A stretch of DNA of 64,000 nucleotides from assembly GCA_013288905.1 (NCBI GenBank), contig JABDAW010000002.1, positions 3,265 through 67,264 on the forward strand, written 5' to 3'. Position numbers and translations under genes: made by a program. Source of the DNA: Bacteroidota bacterium (lineage in GTDB: Bacteria > Bacteroidota > Bacteroidia > AKYH767-A > JABDAW01). The notes under the pieces were generated by a model. It was not told where the DNA came from. It saw only the letters and a list, made by a program, of their open reading frames with translations, and searched no databases. Shown here in pieces: positions 48,889 through 59,321 of the stretch (its first letter is position 1; every line of letters starts with the position of its first letter).

Positions 48889-49815
48889 TTAAAATATTTC
48901 TCCTTCTTGAGCAATGTGGAAGCCATTTTGTTCGACCTCCTTTTGCTCCTTGCTGCCTTTTATCAAAGCAGGATTGGTATGATTGAGATGGATGAAATGA
49001 ATCTTGGCTTTGTCGGCAGAAGAGAGGTCTTTGAAAAGTGTCATACTCTCTTCGATGGAAGGATGCGGAATCTGTGACATGTCTCTGCCTGGAAGTTCGT
49101 TGCTATTATAAAAAGTTCCATCAATAAAAAGCAGGTCGTTTCCTTTCACCAATTGCACAATGTCTTTATCCCATTTTTGCCATTTATCTATGTCAGGAAT
49201 GAAGATGATGTTCTTGCTGCCGTAAGAGATTTTATACCCCACAGTCTTGCTGAATTCCTCTCTATGGGGCACAAAGAAAGGAGTGATAGTGATATGTTCA
49301 TTAAGTTGGAAAGGTTCTCCTGTAACTAAGGACATCAAGCTGATATTATCATTTTTTTGCAACAATGACCAAGGACCATTTTGGTCAAGAAATTCATAGA
49401 AGTCCAAGGTTAGATAAACCACGATGTGCTTAGTATTCATCGCCTCCTTTCCAAGGTACATTAAGCCTGTATAATGCCCGATGTGAGCATGGGTCAGGAA
49501 GATGCCGTCAAACAGACTGGAGTCTGGGGGAAAGATGGCATTAAGATTGTGAAGTTGCGCAGTGAAATCAGGAGTGCAATCAAACAAAAATCGTTGCTTC
49601 GTAATGGGGTCAATGAGCGCAAGAGAGGACACATAATGCTTCTTTTCTTTGCCTTGATAAAACATCTGACAACATGCTTTATCGCAGCCCGGATGTGGGT
49701 ATCCTCCATCCTGAACAGTGCCAAGAACGACTAAATATGGCGAATTGGAATCCTGGGCAGTCGTTACTGAAACCATTGCTATCAGAAGAATAATGATTAA
49801 TAATTGCTTGTTCAT
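48889..49815 (-). CDS. Secreted MBL-fold metallo-hydrolase
   Basis: THAHIGHYTG (HxHxxH-type metal site) and a signal peptide from the MNKQLLIIILL start at 49815. Confidence 0.6.
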   Translation of the reverse strand: MNKQLLIIILLIAMVSVTTAQDSNSPYLVVLGTVQDGGYPHPGCDKACCQMFYQGKEKKHYVSSLALIDPITKQRFLFDCTPDFTAQLHNLNAIFPPDSSLFDGIFLTHAHIGHYTGLMYLGKEAMNTKHIVVYLTLDFYEFLDQNGPWSLLQKNDNISLMSLVTGEPFQLNEHITITPFFVPHREEFSKTVGYKISYGSKNIIFIPDIDKWQKWDKDIVQLVKGNDLLFIDGTFYNSNELPGRDMSQIPHPSIEESMTLFKDLSSADKAKIHFIHLNHTNPALIKGSKEQKEVEQNGFHIAQEGEIF

Positions 49816-49905
49816 AATATGAAAATATATGGCGGCAAAAATAATATCTTTACGATTTCTTTTCGTCATACCTAACATTTTAGCTTCTTAACCAAAGCTA
49901 TAACT

Positions 49906-51045
49906 TTAGTTTGAAGTTTTATTGGGAACAATTTCTTCCAATTTTGTATGCACAGAATAATGGTCGGGATAGGCAAATTCGGCACCGTATTTTTCGACAA
50001 TTTCCATGATTTTATAATTCACTTCTTCACGCACTTTCAGGTACTCCTCATACTCCATCGTATTCACAAAATAAAGCACCATAATATTCAAAGAAGTAGG
50101 ACTGAATTCAAAGAAACGAATAATCGCCTCACCATTTTTGGTCTTAGGATTGTTGTCAAGATAAGTTTGAAGGTCATTTACGATACCTTTTAATTGGTCA
50201 CTGGAAGTATCATAAGTAAGCGAAACATTAAACGCAGCGCGGCGAGTGGAGCGCAAGGAGAGATTGTCAAGGCTCGTATCCACCATCTTTTTATTGGGAA
50301 TGGTAACGAAACTTTTCTCCAGAGTTCTGATTCTTGTAGAACGAAAACCAATCTTTTCGATGTTGCCGGTGACATCTCCGACCTTCACCAAATCGCCCTG
50401 CTTGAAAGGCTTATCGAGAAATATGGTGAATGAACCAAGGAGGTTTTCGATGGTCTCCTTAGCTGCCAATGCAATGGCTAATCCACCGATTCCAAGCCCC
50501 GCAATGAGTGAAGTAAGATTGATGTGGAAGATGGCTCCGAGGATAATCATCAGGCAAATAATGCCAATTAATATCTTGAATCCATCACGAACGAAAGTGA
50601 TTAATTGATCTTTGGAATTGGTATCATTTAATGTCGCTCTATAATTATAAATATCGCCAATGAAATCAATAAATCGAAGGATTATCCATGTAATGGAAAG
50701 TGTCATTATCACTTGGAATGTTCGGTAGATTATCAGCCGCAGCCCGATGTGTTCTATTGAAACCATATTCCATTCCGAAGGGAAGTGAAGTTTGTCAAAA
50801 GCCGCATATAGCGTGAGAAGCAAGATGAATATAGCGAATGGTCTGTCGAGCAGAAAATGGAATTTATTGATGCCTACACCTTTGGAATATTTCCTGAAGG
50901 AGAAGTAAATAAGCCATGAAATAACCTTTGAAATGATCTTCTTAAAGATGATTCCAAAAGCAAGAATTACGACACACCAAAACCATGCGTAGAGAGTGTT
51001 GTCAAAAAATATTCTGCTGGCGTATTCTTCAAACATTTCATTCAT
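49906..51045 (-). CDS. Mechanosensitive ion channel (MscS family)
   Basis: Conserved MscS core (..AGLGIGGLAIALAAKETIENLLGSF..QGDLVKVGDVTGNIEKIGFRSTRIRT..). Likely start MNEMFEE at 51045. The ORF-track 5' extension is not supported. Confidence 0.8.
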   Translation of the reverse strand: MNEMFEEYASRIFFDNTLYAWFWCVVILAFGIIFKKIISKVISWLIYFSFRKYSKGVGINKFHFLLDRPFAIFILLLTLYAAFDKLHFPSEWNMVSIEHIGLRLIIYRTFQVIMTLSITWIILRFIDFIGDIYNYRATLNDTNSKDQLITFVRDGFKILIGIICLMIILGAIFHINLTSLIAGLGIGGLAIALAAKETIENLLGSFTIFLDKPFKQGDLVKVGDVTGNIEKIGFRSTRIRTLEKSFVTIPNKKMVDTSLDNLSLRSTRRAAFNVSLTYDTSSDQLKGIVNDLQTYLDNNPKTKNGEAIIRFFEFSPTSLNIMVLYFVNTMEYEEYLKVREEVNYKIMEIVEKYGAEFAYPDHYSVHTKLEEIVPNKTSN

Positions 51046-51142
51046 TATTTCGGCGACAAAATTACTAAACAAAGTCGAATGAAGGTATATTACTCGTCGA
51101 ATTCTGATATTTTTTGTAATTTTGCATCCTAAATTATAAATC

Positions 51143-51364
51143 ATGATAAGTACAATTTTATTAAGTTTCCTCAACTTGTTCGACGGTTGGGATGGCATCA
51201 TAATCATTGTGGTGATACTGCTTTTATTTGGTGGTAAAAAGATTCCTGAATTGGCGAAAGGACTTGGAAAAGGCATTCACGATTTCAAAAAAGCTTACAA
51301 AGAAGGCGGCGATGGGGAAGATGAAAACAAGCTTCCAGAAGGGAAAGCCCAGGATAAGAAATAA
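51143..51364 (+). CDS. tatA: Twin-arginine translocase subunit TatA/E
   Basis: TM helix followed by the [25 protein letters not shown] amphipathic motif and an acidic tail. Confidence 0.7.
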   Translation: MISTILLSFLNLFDGWDGIIIIVVILLLFGGKKIPELAKGLGKGIHDFKKAYKEGGDGEDENKLPEGKAQDKK

Positions 51365-51474
51365 TTTTAAACACTTACCACAAAGGTAAGAAGGACACGA
51401 ATGGACACGAAGAAAACCTTCGTGTTTCTCCATGTTCTTCTTACCTTCGTGGTGAAATAAAAACCCAATACACC

Positions 51475-52896
51475 TTGAATAATTACACTTCTTTTTCACA
51501 GATTCAAACTGATTTAAAGTCTGGAAAGACCACTGTTTTAGGGCTTGTCAGAGATTATATTTATAAGATAGATCAGAATAAACATCTCAATGCTTTCCTT
51601 GAAGTTTATACCGATGAAGCCTTGCATCAAGCAAAAGAAATTGATAAGAAACTTGCTGATGGAACGGCTGGTAAATTAGCCGGAATGGTTATTGGTTTGA
51701 AGGATGTAATTTGTCATAAGAACCATAAAGTTTCGGCTTCATCGAAGTTGATAGAAAACTTCACTTCACTATATTCTGCAACTGTTACAGAGCGTCTCCT
51801 TGCAGAGGATGCCATCATTATCGGTCGTACTAACTGTGATGAATTCGCTATGGGAAGTTCAAATGAAAACTCTGCCTTTCGACCCGTTCTTAATCCTCAT
51901 GATAACAAGTGCGTTCCCGGTGGTTCTTCGGGAGGTTCTACTGCTGCTGTTGCTGCCAGACTTTGCCTTGCAGCTCTTGGCACGGATACTGGTGGATCCA
52001 TTCGTCAGCCCGCGTCTTTCTGCGGAGTCATTGGTTTTAAGCCCACGTATGGCAGGGTTTCCCGCTATGGCTTGCTTGCTTATGCGTCTTCTTTTGATCA
52101 GATAGGACCTATCACGAATACTGTTGAAGATGCTGCTTTGATTCTTGAAGTTATTGCTGGAAAAGATAGTTATGATGCCACAGCTTCTTCTAAAGAAGTG
52201 CCTCATTATTCCAAGGAATTAAACTTCAATGGCAAAGCCAAGATAGGCTATATCACTGAATGTATAGACAACCCACATCTTGATCCAGAGATTGCCGCTA
52301 ACCTTAGAAATCTTATTGATAAATTGAAAAGCGAAGGGCATGCCGTCGAGCCGGTGAGCTTCCCATTCCTTGATTACATGGTTCCTACTTATTATGTCAT
52401 TACTACTGCCGAAGCATCTTCTAATCTTTCAAGATATGGAGGCGTTATTTATGGTCGCCGAAGCCCGAATGCCAAGGATATTGATTCTATCTATTCCAAG
52501 TCAAGGACAGAAGGTTTTGGTGAGGAAGTTAAGCGCAGAATCATGCTGGGCACCTTCGTTTTAAGCTCCGGATATTACGATGCCTATTATACAAAAGCAC
52601 AAAAAGTGAGAAGAATTCTTCAAGACAAAACCCTTGAAATACTAAAGACCTACGACTTCATTTTATTACCCACAACTCCTGATACTGCCTTCGAAATAGA
52701 TTCTGTCCATGACCCGGTAACCATGTATTTAGAAGACATATTTACTGTCCAGGCAAACCTCACCGGCATGCCCGCCATCTCTCTCCCCATGGGCAAACAC
52801 AGCAATGGCATGCCTTTCGGAATTCAATTGATTGGAAGGAAATTCGAGGAAGCAAACCTATTGGCTTTCTCTAATTATCTTTATCTCAACAAATAA
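51475..52896 (+). CDS. gatA: Glutamyl-tRNA(Gln)/aspartyl-tRNA(Asn) amidotransferase subunit A
   Basis: Amidase signature (GGSSGGSTAAVAA..GTDTGGSIRQPA) and GatA length of 473 aa. Confidence 0.9.
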   Translation: MNNYTSFSQIQTDLKSGKTTVLGLVRDYIYKIDQNKHLNAFLEVYTDEALHQAKEIDKKLADGTAGKLAGMVIGLKDVICHKNHKVSASSKLIENFTSLYSATVTERLLAEDAIIIGRTNCDEFAMGSSNENSAFRPVLNPHDNKCVPGGSSGGSTAAVAARLCLAALGTDTGGSIRQPASFCGVIGFKPTYGRVSRYGLLAYASSFDQIGPITNTVEDAALILEVIAGKDSYDATASSKEVPHYSKELNFNGKAKIGYITECIDNPHLDPEIAANLRNLIDKLKSEGHAVEPVSFPFLDYMVPTYYVITTAEASSNLSRYGGVIYGRRSPNAKDIDSIYSKSRTEGFGEEVKRRIMLGTFVLSSGYYDAYYTKAQKVRRILQDKTLEILKTYDFILLPTTPDTAFEIDSVHDPVTMYLEDIFTVQANLTGMPAISLPMGKHSNGMPFGIQLIGRKFEEANLLAFSNYLYLNK

Positions 52897-52968
52897 ATTA
52901 TTATTTATAATCTTCATCCTTAAATTGCATCCTTGTAAAAAGCAGAATGGTTGCATAAAAAATTTAAT

Positions 52969-53002
52969 AAAAAAAAGCGGCACAATCTGTACCGCTTTTT
53001 TT
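52969..53002. terminator. Bidirectional rho-independent terminator (A-run, gcggcac..gtaccgc hairpin, T-run) between convergent genes
   Basis: aaaaaaaagcggcacaatctgtaccgcttttttt. Confidence 0.5.
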
Positions 53003-53023
53003 ATTTGTATTTATATCTTAAAC

Positions 53024-55213
53024 CTATAAATCATCAATTGCTGTAGAGGCGTCTCTATCGGCTTCAACATCATGGATTAGCGTACTCATATCTTTCCCAA
53101 AAGAATAAATTTCTCCAAGAGTTGCCGACTTCTTGAAGTGATGCTTAATACCTAATCGTTGTGCCAACAGATTTGCATCTAATTCATTCAATGCCTTAAA
53201 TTCTTTTCTGGCAATCAATCGACCAGGGCGAAGCAGCGCGCTATCCAATTTCTTTAAATCAACATTAAACGTACAGATTATTTGAAGATTCAACATATCA
53301 TTCAAGAGACCGTCTGTCATATTCAAAAGGTTCGTGACACCTTGAATTCTAATTCCTTCCTGACGTTTCGCAAGCAAGGGTTCGGCATCTTCTATTAATA
53401 AAACGCAGAAATATCCTTGTCGAGAATAATGCTCAACTTGTGTGGAAACAAAAGTCATGAAGCCAGGCTCAACAAGATGATCAACCATATTAGGAGGCAT
53501 ATAGATAACGATCTTTTTATTATTCGCCATACTTCTTAATAAGTGTCTGATATAATATGTTTTCCCTGTTCCAGGCTCTCCATGAAATAAAACCAAACCT
53601 TTGCTCTCATTTAGAAATCGTTCCATCAATTCATTATGAAACTTCGCAAAGCCATTGCCATAGTTCAAGTCCAGATCCTTTATTTCAAAGTTATCTTCGA
53701 CAGCATGAGATTTTAGATAGAAGTTTTGACTGTATTGAATCATATAAATCTTTGGCTTGTCTGGAATCCTTTCCAAAGAACACATTGACATTATTCTTTC
53801 TAACTGTCGTTCAAAAACCTTATCTCGCTTACCAGAACCATCACTTGGACGCAACAAAACTATATTGCTGGTATAAACACCTGAATATTCATAACGAATG
53901 ATTTGCCGGATATAATCCGGCACATCATATTCTCCACTATCTTCATGTGAAATCTGGGTAGCTTGCAATACATACCCGACATTAGGAAATCCCAAAGTAT
54001 ATTTCGTTAATCGCTCTCCTTCAAAATCATATTTCTCACTACAAGTATGAAGTTCCTTTGCGCCCATCGTCTCTTTTAATTCTCTCATCAAAGCTATAGC
54101 CTCAATTCGATCCCCCGAAAAGGTAATAATGGATGGGGATTGATTGTTCTTAAGAACATAATATCGTGGTGCAGAGAATATATCTGGAGTAGGGCTTGCC
54201 TCTTGCAACCACCGTGCTAATGCTGGTTCCAATTCTCCAGCCGCTAACTCTATTGCAGGAGCAACACCTGTCTTCAAATCTTCTGTTGAATTGTTATTTA
54301 CTGATGTTTCAATCTCCTCAACAATACTCAAATACTCTTTAAATGGTGGTTGTTCTCCATAATAAACGATTTCTCGAACCCATACATTTATCATTTCGTT
54401 TTTATAGTATTTCCATTTCTCAATCCAATTACCAAAAGCATCGCGCTCCCAGGCATTCTCTTCAAATTCTTTACTTCGTCTTGCAACTTCTTTCTGTATT
54501 ATCCTATCTCCATTTTCATCATATTCATCATAACACATATATCTGTTATCCAGACTGCCATCTTCCTTATAAACGGTTATTTCCACAGGATGTCCTTTGT
54601 GATTATTTTTATAAACGCTTCTCCGTTTAATCATCCCTATACCATCTTCCATTAAGTCTTCAATCTTAAAACCATTGTCATCATAGATAATTGTAGACTT
54701 ACCATAAACCACACCGCCCATATATGAAATATGACCTAAGCTATCCCCTTTCTCATTCCGCAAGTATTCAGTGCTATTGGTTTCTATTCCATCTTTATTA
54801 AGTGAACGAGTCACTGATAATTGATCTTTATCATCATAAATATATTCATGAGTACTTGTGATGTTTCCTTCCTTATCATGGCTTATCATCGCAGTATATT
54901 TTCCATTTTCATTATAAACTACTTTGAGAATCGTTTCTTCTTTTGTAAAAATATCCCGCCCAGTCATTTTACCAAGTTCATTATAGAAAGTAATATTATT
55001 TGTTTCCACACCAATCAATTCTTCCCTTTTTCCACGAATAATCTTATCTCCTTGATTATAGGCTTTATGATAAGTTTCTTTAACTGATTTAACGGCTCCC
55101 TTCATGTCATTTAATTCAACATCAGTAGGAGTATTAGGAACCACCTTCATTTCCACTTCCTTATCAGCCGCTTTAATTTCTTTTTTCTTTGCCATAATTA
55201 ATATATATTTCAA
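53024..55213 (-). CDS. Paralog B of a tandem pair: N-terminal YD/MORN-like beta-repeat region fused to a C-terminal classical AAA+ ATPase
   Basis: Walker A GEPGTGKT, Walker B LLIEDAEPL, sensor-1 TFN, Arg finger LLRPGRL. N-terminal repeats of the type ..YIYDDKDQL.., ..IIYDDNGFKIE.., ..YDEYDENGDRI... Likely true start MAKKKEIKAADKEVE. Confidence 0.6.
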   Translation of the reverse strand: MKYILIMAKKKEIKAADKEVEMKVVPNTPTDVELNDMKGAVKSVKETYHKAYNQGDKIIRGKREELIGVETNNITFYNELGKMTGRDIFTKEETILKVVYNENGKYTAMISHDKEGNITSTHEYIYDDKDQLSVTRSLNKDGIETNSTEYLRNEKGDSLGHISYMGGVVYGKSTIIYDDNGFKIEDLMEDGIGMIKRRSVYKNNHKGHPVEITVYKEDGSLDNRYMCYDEYDENGDRIIQKEVARRSKEFEENAWERDAFGNWIEKWKYYKNEMINVWVREIVYYGEQPPFKEYLSIVEEIETSVNNNSTEDLKTGVAPAIELAAGELEPALARWLQEASPTPDIFSAPRYYVLKNNQSPSIITFSGDRIEAIALMRELKETMGAKELHTCSEKYDFEGERLTKYTLGFPNVGYVLQATQISHEDSGEYDVPDYIRQIIRYEYSGVYTSNIVLLRPSDGSGKRDKVFERQLERIMSMCSLERIPDKPKIYMIQYSQNFYLKSHAVEDNFEIKDLDLNYGNGFAKFHNELMERFLNESKGLVLFHGEPGTGKTYYIRHLLRSMANNKKIVIYMPPNMVDHLVEPGFMTFVSTQVEHYSRQGYFCVLLIEDAEPLLAKRQEGIRIQGVTNLLNMTDGLLNDMLNLQIICTFNVDLKKLDSALLRPGRLIARKEFKALNELDANLLAQRLGIKHHFKKSATLGEIYSFGKDMSTLIHDVEADRDASTAIDDL

Positions 55214-57336
55214 TCCACATCATGAATCAGAGTACTCTTGTTTGTTGCCTTCGCATAGATTTCAGCAAGGGTGGCTGCTCCGGTGAAATGATGTTTGATC
55301 CCCAAGCGTGATGCCAACAGATTCGCCTCAAATTCAGGTAGTGCTTTGAACTCCTTACGCGCAAGTAATCTCCCTGGTCGCAGCAAGGCTTTATCGAGCT
55401 TGCTTACTTTGACATTGAATGTGCAGATGATTTGAAGATTCAGCATATCGTTAAGCAATCCATCAGTCATATTAAGAAGATTGGAAACGCCTTGTATCCT
55501 TGTATCCGATGAACGCGAAGCCAGCAGTGGCTCTGCATCTTCTATCAGCAATACACAGAAATTATCATCTTGAGAAAACTGTTGTACTTCTCGAGAGATG
55601 AAAGACATGAATTGTGGTTCGACCATATAATCAACCATGTTAGGAGGCATATAGATAACTATCTTATTCTTGTTCGCCATAGAGCGAAGGAGATGACGGA
55701 TATAGAATGTCTTCCCCGTGCCCGGCTCACCATGAAACAACACCAAGCCTTTATTTTCATTCTCAAAACGACCCATCAATTCATCATGGAAATCTTCAAA
55801 GCCATGTCCATAATTCAAGCTCAAGTCCTTGATTTCAAAATCAGCGTTCACATCATGCCCCTCCAAAGAATAGCTGCCTGCGCCATTTACTTGCACCATA
55901 TATATCTGTGGCTTCTCGGGTTTTTCATAGAGTTTGCACATATCTATCAAACTCTTTATTTCTTCTTCAAAAACCATATCCCTTTTACAGGAATCATTGC
56001 TTGGATGATACATAATCAACTGGCTGGTATGAATATAATTGTAATCATACTCCGGCGCCTGTCTAAGAAAATCGGGAATGTAGAAAAGTTCCGCATCACG
56101 TTGCTGAATCTGAAACGCACTCAACAAATATTTCCCGTCAAGAAAGCTCAAAGTATAACGAATCATCTTAGTATTATGAGAATTCTCGCTATCCATAGCA
56201 TAAGAGTTAATGATTCGACCGCCCAGCTTATCAATCAAATGCATCTTTAAACCAAAAGCATCGCAATCATGACCGGCGTATGAATATTGTGATGGAAACT
56301 CCTTATTCTTCAAAACATAATACCGCAACACAGGGAACTGCTCTTGCACACTTCCTTCAGTCATCCACTTGTTCTGCTCCTCATTCATAAAAGTTGGCTG
56401 ATATTCCTTTTCTTTTGCTTCATCAACTTTCGCTTGCGTGGCAAAAATGTCAGTTGGTATTTCCAAGGTTTTCTTTTTTGATGCATCATCATAATAAGTG
56501 ATGTCACGAATGATAATATTCATCGCCACTGTCTTGAAATAGATGGTCTTCTTCACCCAATTACCGTGGCTATCCAGTTCCTTTACATCCTTAAATCTCC
56601 ATTGCAGAAAAGTATTCCCATCAGGTTCGGCAGAGACCTTCTTGCCAAGATGATTAATCTTGTATTTCGGGATTTCAATCTCTGTAATTTTACCATTGGC
56701 ATCATACTCTTTCTTTTCAAGGATATTTGATTCGTCATCATACAACCAAACCCACCGATGCTGCAAAACTTCTGCTTCATTATAATTGTAATGATCATAT
56801 AGATGCGTGTTGTCCTCATTATAGGTCATGAAGGTTTGCCCCGTCATCTTACCCTCTGCATTATAGGTTTTAGAACCAATGCGCTTACCTTGCTTGTCAT
56901 TGGTAAAATACGCTCTATTCAAGACTCTCCCGTCTGCATATATTAATGAGCTTTCTATCTCGAAGCCATTCTTATCGAAGATATGATCACTGATAAAATT
57001 CTCTGTACCATCCTTATTATAATGGATGCTTTTTGAATGGCTACCTTTTTCATTAAACAGTAGCGTATGATTCTCGCCAGTAATCTTAAAACCATAAAAT
57101 TCCCTTCTAATTCCGTTCTCATCAAAGTTCGACAACCCATTATGGTCATCATCAAGATAATCCATGATAGCACCCGGAACCACCTCACCATTCACCTTAG
57201 TTGCCTTATGAATTGTTAGCTTCATCTGCTTCACTTTGCCTGTTAATTCAAGTCTTTCCATAACGGTCTTCTCCTTCTTAACCTCTACTTTTTCAACTTC
57301 CTTAGTAGCTGCTTTACTTTCTTTTTTCTTTGCCAT
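55210..57336 (-). CDS. Paralog A: N-terminal YD/MORN-like repeat region plus C-terminal AAA+ ATPase
   Basis: Same AAA motifs (GEPGTGKTFYIRHLLRSMANK..LLIEDAEPLL..ICTFNV..LLRPGRLLARKEFKAL). Starts MAKKKESKAATKEVE. Its stop overlaps the start of paralog B by 4 nt. Confidence 0.6.
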   Translation of the reverse strand: MAKKKESKAATKEVEKVEVKKEKTVMERLELTGKVKQMKLTIHKATKVNGEVVPGAIMDYLDDDHNGLSNFDENGIRREFYGFKITGENHTLLFNEKGSHSKSIHYNKDGTENFISDHIFDKNGFEIESSLIYADGRVLNRAYFTNDKQGKRIGSKTYNAEGKMTGQTFMTYNEDNTHLYDHYNYNEAEVLQHRWVWLYDDESNILEKKEYDANGKITEIEIPKYKINHLGKKVSAEPDGNTFLQWRFKDVKELDSHGNWVKKTIYFKTVAMNIIIRDITYYDDASKKKTLEIPTDIFATQAKVDEAKEKEYQPTFMNEEQNKWMTEGSVQEQFPVLRYYVLKNKEFPSQYSYAGHDCDAFGLKMHLIDKLGGRIINSYAMDSENSHNTKMIRYTLSFLDGKYLLSAFQIQQRDAELFYIPDFLRQAPEYDYNYIHTSQLIMYHPSNDSCKRDMVFEEEIKSLIDMCKLYEKPEKPQIYMVQVNGAGSYSLEGHDVNADFEIKDLSLNYGHGFEDFHDELMGRFENENKGLVLFHGEPGTGKTFYIRHLLRSMANKNKIVIYMPPNMVDYMVEPQFMSFISREVQQFSQDDNFCVLLIEDAEPLLASRSSDTRIQGVSNLLNMTDGLLNDMLNLQIICTFNVKVSKLDKALLRPGRLLARKEFKALPEFEANLLASRLGIKHHFTGAATLAEIYAKATNKSTLIHDVD

Positions 57337-57386
57337 ATTTATAATTTATAATTCAACATTTATAATTCTATCCACTAAACCACCGG

Positions 57387-58352
57387 CTATGCTCTCACCA
57401 AATGAATTGTTACCGATACATCTTCGCCAGCCGTGATGGGGCAGGCTACATGTCCCGGAACAGCTCCCGTCATTTCATAAATAATAAACAAATCTTCACC
57501 CGTCTGTGTCGTGTCCAAAATCAGCACTGCATGGGCATTAGCAATACCTTTAACACCTTGCACAGATTCCTTTCCTTCAGAAGTTTCCAACTTGGCGATT
57601 CTGCCATGAGCTCCCGGCACTATGCCTGTACCATCCGCCCAAACAAAGAGAATATCAACCTCCGTTTCTACCTTCAGAATCCTGTATTTTATCCCCCAAA
57701 GACCGCAATAAACTCGCATAGCAGGCTCTGCATAATCTACTACATGAAACTGAACTTCCTTGCGAATAGTAATCAGCAAAGTCTTACAAATCTTTTGACG
57801 AATAGCTACAGTAGTTGCTTTTCCAATAAAATCTTCGGTTGCTTCATTCGCTGCTGATGATTTTGCTACCAAATCAATATTCAACAGATCGTTTTGAGCA
57901 GCAGTAAAATCCAAGGGAGGTGTCTTTCCTGCTGCAATCAAGACTAAATTAGCTGATTTAATATGGTCTGAAACATTTAAAACCTGCGCTCGGGTAATCA
58001 TTTCAGGAAGATCAGGAGAACCAACAAGCATCAACAAATTGGTCCTTATAGATGCATCATAAGTACCATATTTAATATGACCATTGACGATGCCGATATA
58101 GAGCACGTTATGCTCTCTCAATTCTTTCTCCGCAGTATCGGCAATACTGTTCAGATGCACTTTATTGCCCTCCGCAGTATCCATAATGGATACTAAATTT
58201 GGGAAATCGGCCCAATTAAACTCCAAATCAATGTCGGTTTGGGTCTTTAAAAATCTATCTCCTACTAAAATAGATTGTTGTTTTGTTCTGGCGGCTGATA
58301 AGCCTTCCACGATTTGTCGGACGCTTTTCGGGATTTCTACTACTTCACTCAT
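57387..58352 (-). CDS. Hypothetical 321-aa protein, first gene of the AAA+ cassette
   Basis: Clean ORF 50 bp upstream of the first AAA gene. No recognisable motif. Confidence 0.5.
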   Translation of the reverse strand: MSEVVEIPKSVRQIVEGLSAARTKQQSILVGDRFLKTQTDIDLEFNWADFPNLVSIMDTAEGNKVHLNSIADTAEKELREHNVLYIGIVNGHIKYGTYDASIRTNLLMLVGSPDLPEMITRAQVLNVSDHIKSANLVLIAAGKTPPLDFTAAQNDLLNIDLVAKSSAANEATEDFIGKATTVAIRQKICKTLLITIRKEVQFHVVDYAEPAMRVYCGLWGIKYRILKVETEVDILFVWADGTGIVPGAHGRIAKLETSEGKESVQGVKGIANAHAVLILDTTQTGEDLFIIYEMTGAVPGHVACPITAGEDVSVTIHLVRA

Positions 58353-58458
58353 AATTTATATATATTTTAATTGTTTATTATTTAATTTGATGGTTTATTA
58401 TTTTATTAAAATAATATCTATACATGAATAGATATTCTTACGAAATAAAAAAGAAGCC

Positions 58459-58514
58459 CTTTTCGAGTTAGCTTCGCCCAAAAAAACGTTTTTTTGGGCG
58501 AAGCTAACTCGAAA
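58459..58514. repeat. Perfect ~50-bp palindrome (cgagttagcttcgcccaaaaaaacg|tttttttgggcgaagctaactcg)
   Basis: Direct reading. Lies ~110 bp upstream of the cassette start. Confidence 0.85.
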
Positions 58515-58943
58515 CATTGGAGAAAATTCAACCAAACGCCGAAAGCTCTTCCTATACATTTTAATAAATTCAGTCGTCAGAATAAAGCTAAGTGTGTACA
58601 TTGCTACTTTTGGGGAAGTTTTGGGAAAGCTTACCCTGTATGCCTCATAAATTTTTGAGAATCTAATTTTAGAAAAGGGAATAAAGGGACGATATGTTCG
58701 TAGCACGCTCATGTGTAGGTTCTGTGAATATATTTATTTGGCGTGCTATGTAAAGTTTAAAAACTTATTGAATCATAAAATCTATCTGCTTTCTTATGTT
58801 GTTATTTTCTATTCGAGGGCGCTAAATAACAAAAATTAATCGAGAACAACAAAACGGATAAAAGATTAAAGTCTAAATATGACCTTAATGATTCTCAACA
58901 ACTCCGTTTCTAAATAGAAACTATTTCAAATAAAGGAAGGACT

Positions 58944-59309
58944 CTATTTCAATTTCTTTTTCTGAACCTGGTATTCCACTTCTACCTCCTCAAAAATCTC
59001 ATTGCAAACATTCTCGATAGTGGCAACCATCTCAGGAAGTTCCTCAAGATGTTCCTTCTTATATGAATAATCCATGATGCTCTTCAGCATGTCGCGATAT
59101 TCCTCAGACATGCCGACGATGCGCAGTGAGGAAGCTATCTTGTGCGTGGCTTCAAACAAATTATCCCAGTCTTTCTTTGCAGTACATTCACTCATTCTTT
59201 TGACTATCGGCGGGGTGATGTCAAGGAATGATTTCAGTATATCTACAAGGAATTTCTGATCTCCGTCTGCCTGGTTGATTAAGGTATCGAGGTTGCTAAA
59301 TTTAGCCAT
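58944..59309 (-). CDS. Histidine phosphotransfer (Hpt) domain protein
   Basis: Hpt four-helix signature around the phosphorylatable His (ATHKIASSLRIVGM). Immediately downstream of the hybrid kinase. Confidence 0.65.
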   Translation of the reverse strand: MAKFSNLDTLINQADGDQKFLVDILKSFLDITPPIVKRMSECTAKKDWDNLFEATHKIASSLRIVGMSEEYRDMLKSIMDYSYKKEHLEELPEMVATIENVCNEIFEEVEVEYQVQKKKLK

Positions 59310-59321
59310 GCCATGCGCCGA

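Noticed and set aside
51143-51364. Whether the tatA ORF is real given its unusually long N-terminus
   Set aside because: Kept as tatA because the TM helix plus [25 protein letters not shown] motif is diagnostic. Only the exact start codon is uncertain.
58398-58712. 104-aa ORF upstream of the AAA cassette
   Set aside because: It overlaps the perfect 50-bp palindrome and an AT-rich promoter region. No homology cues. Likely spurious.
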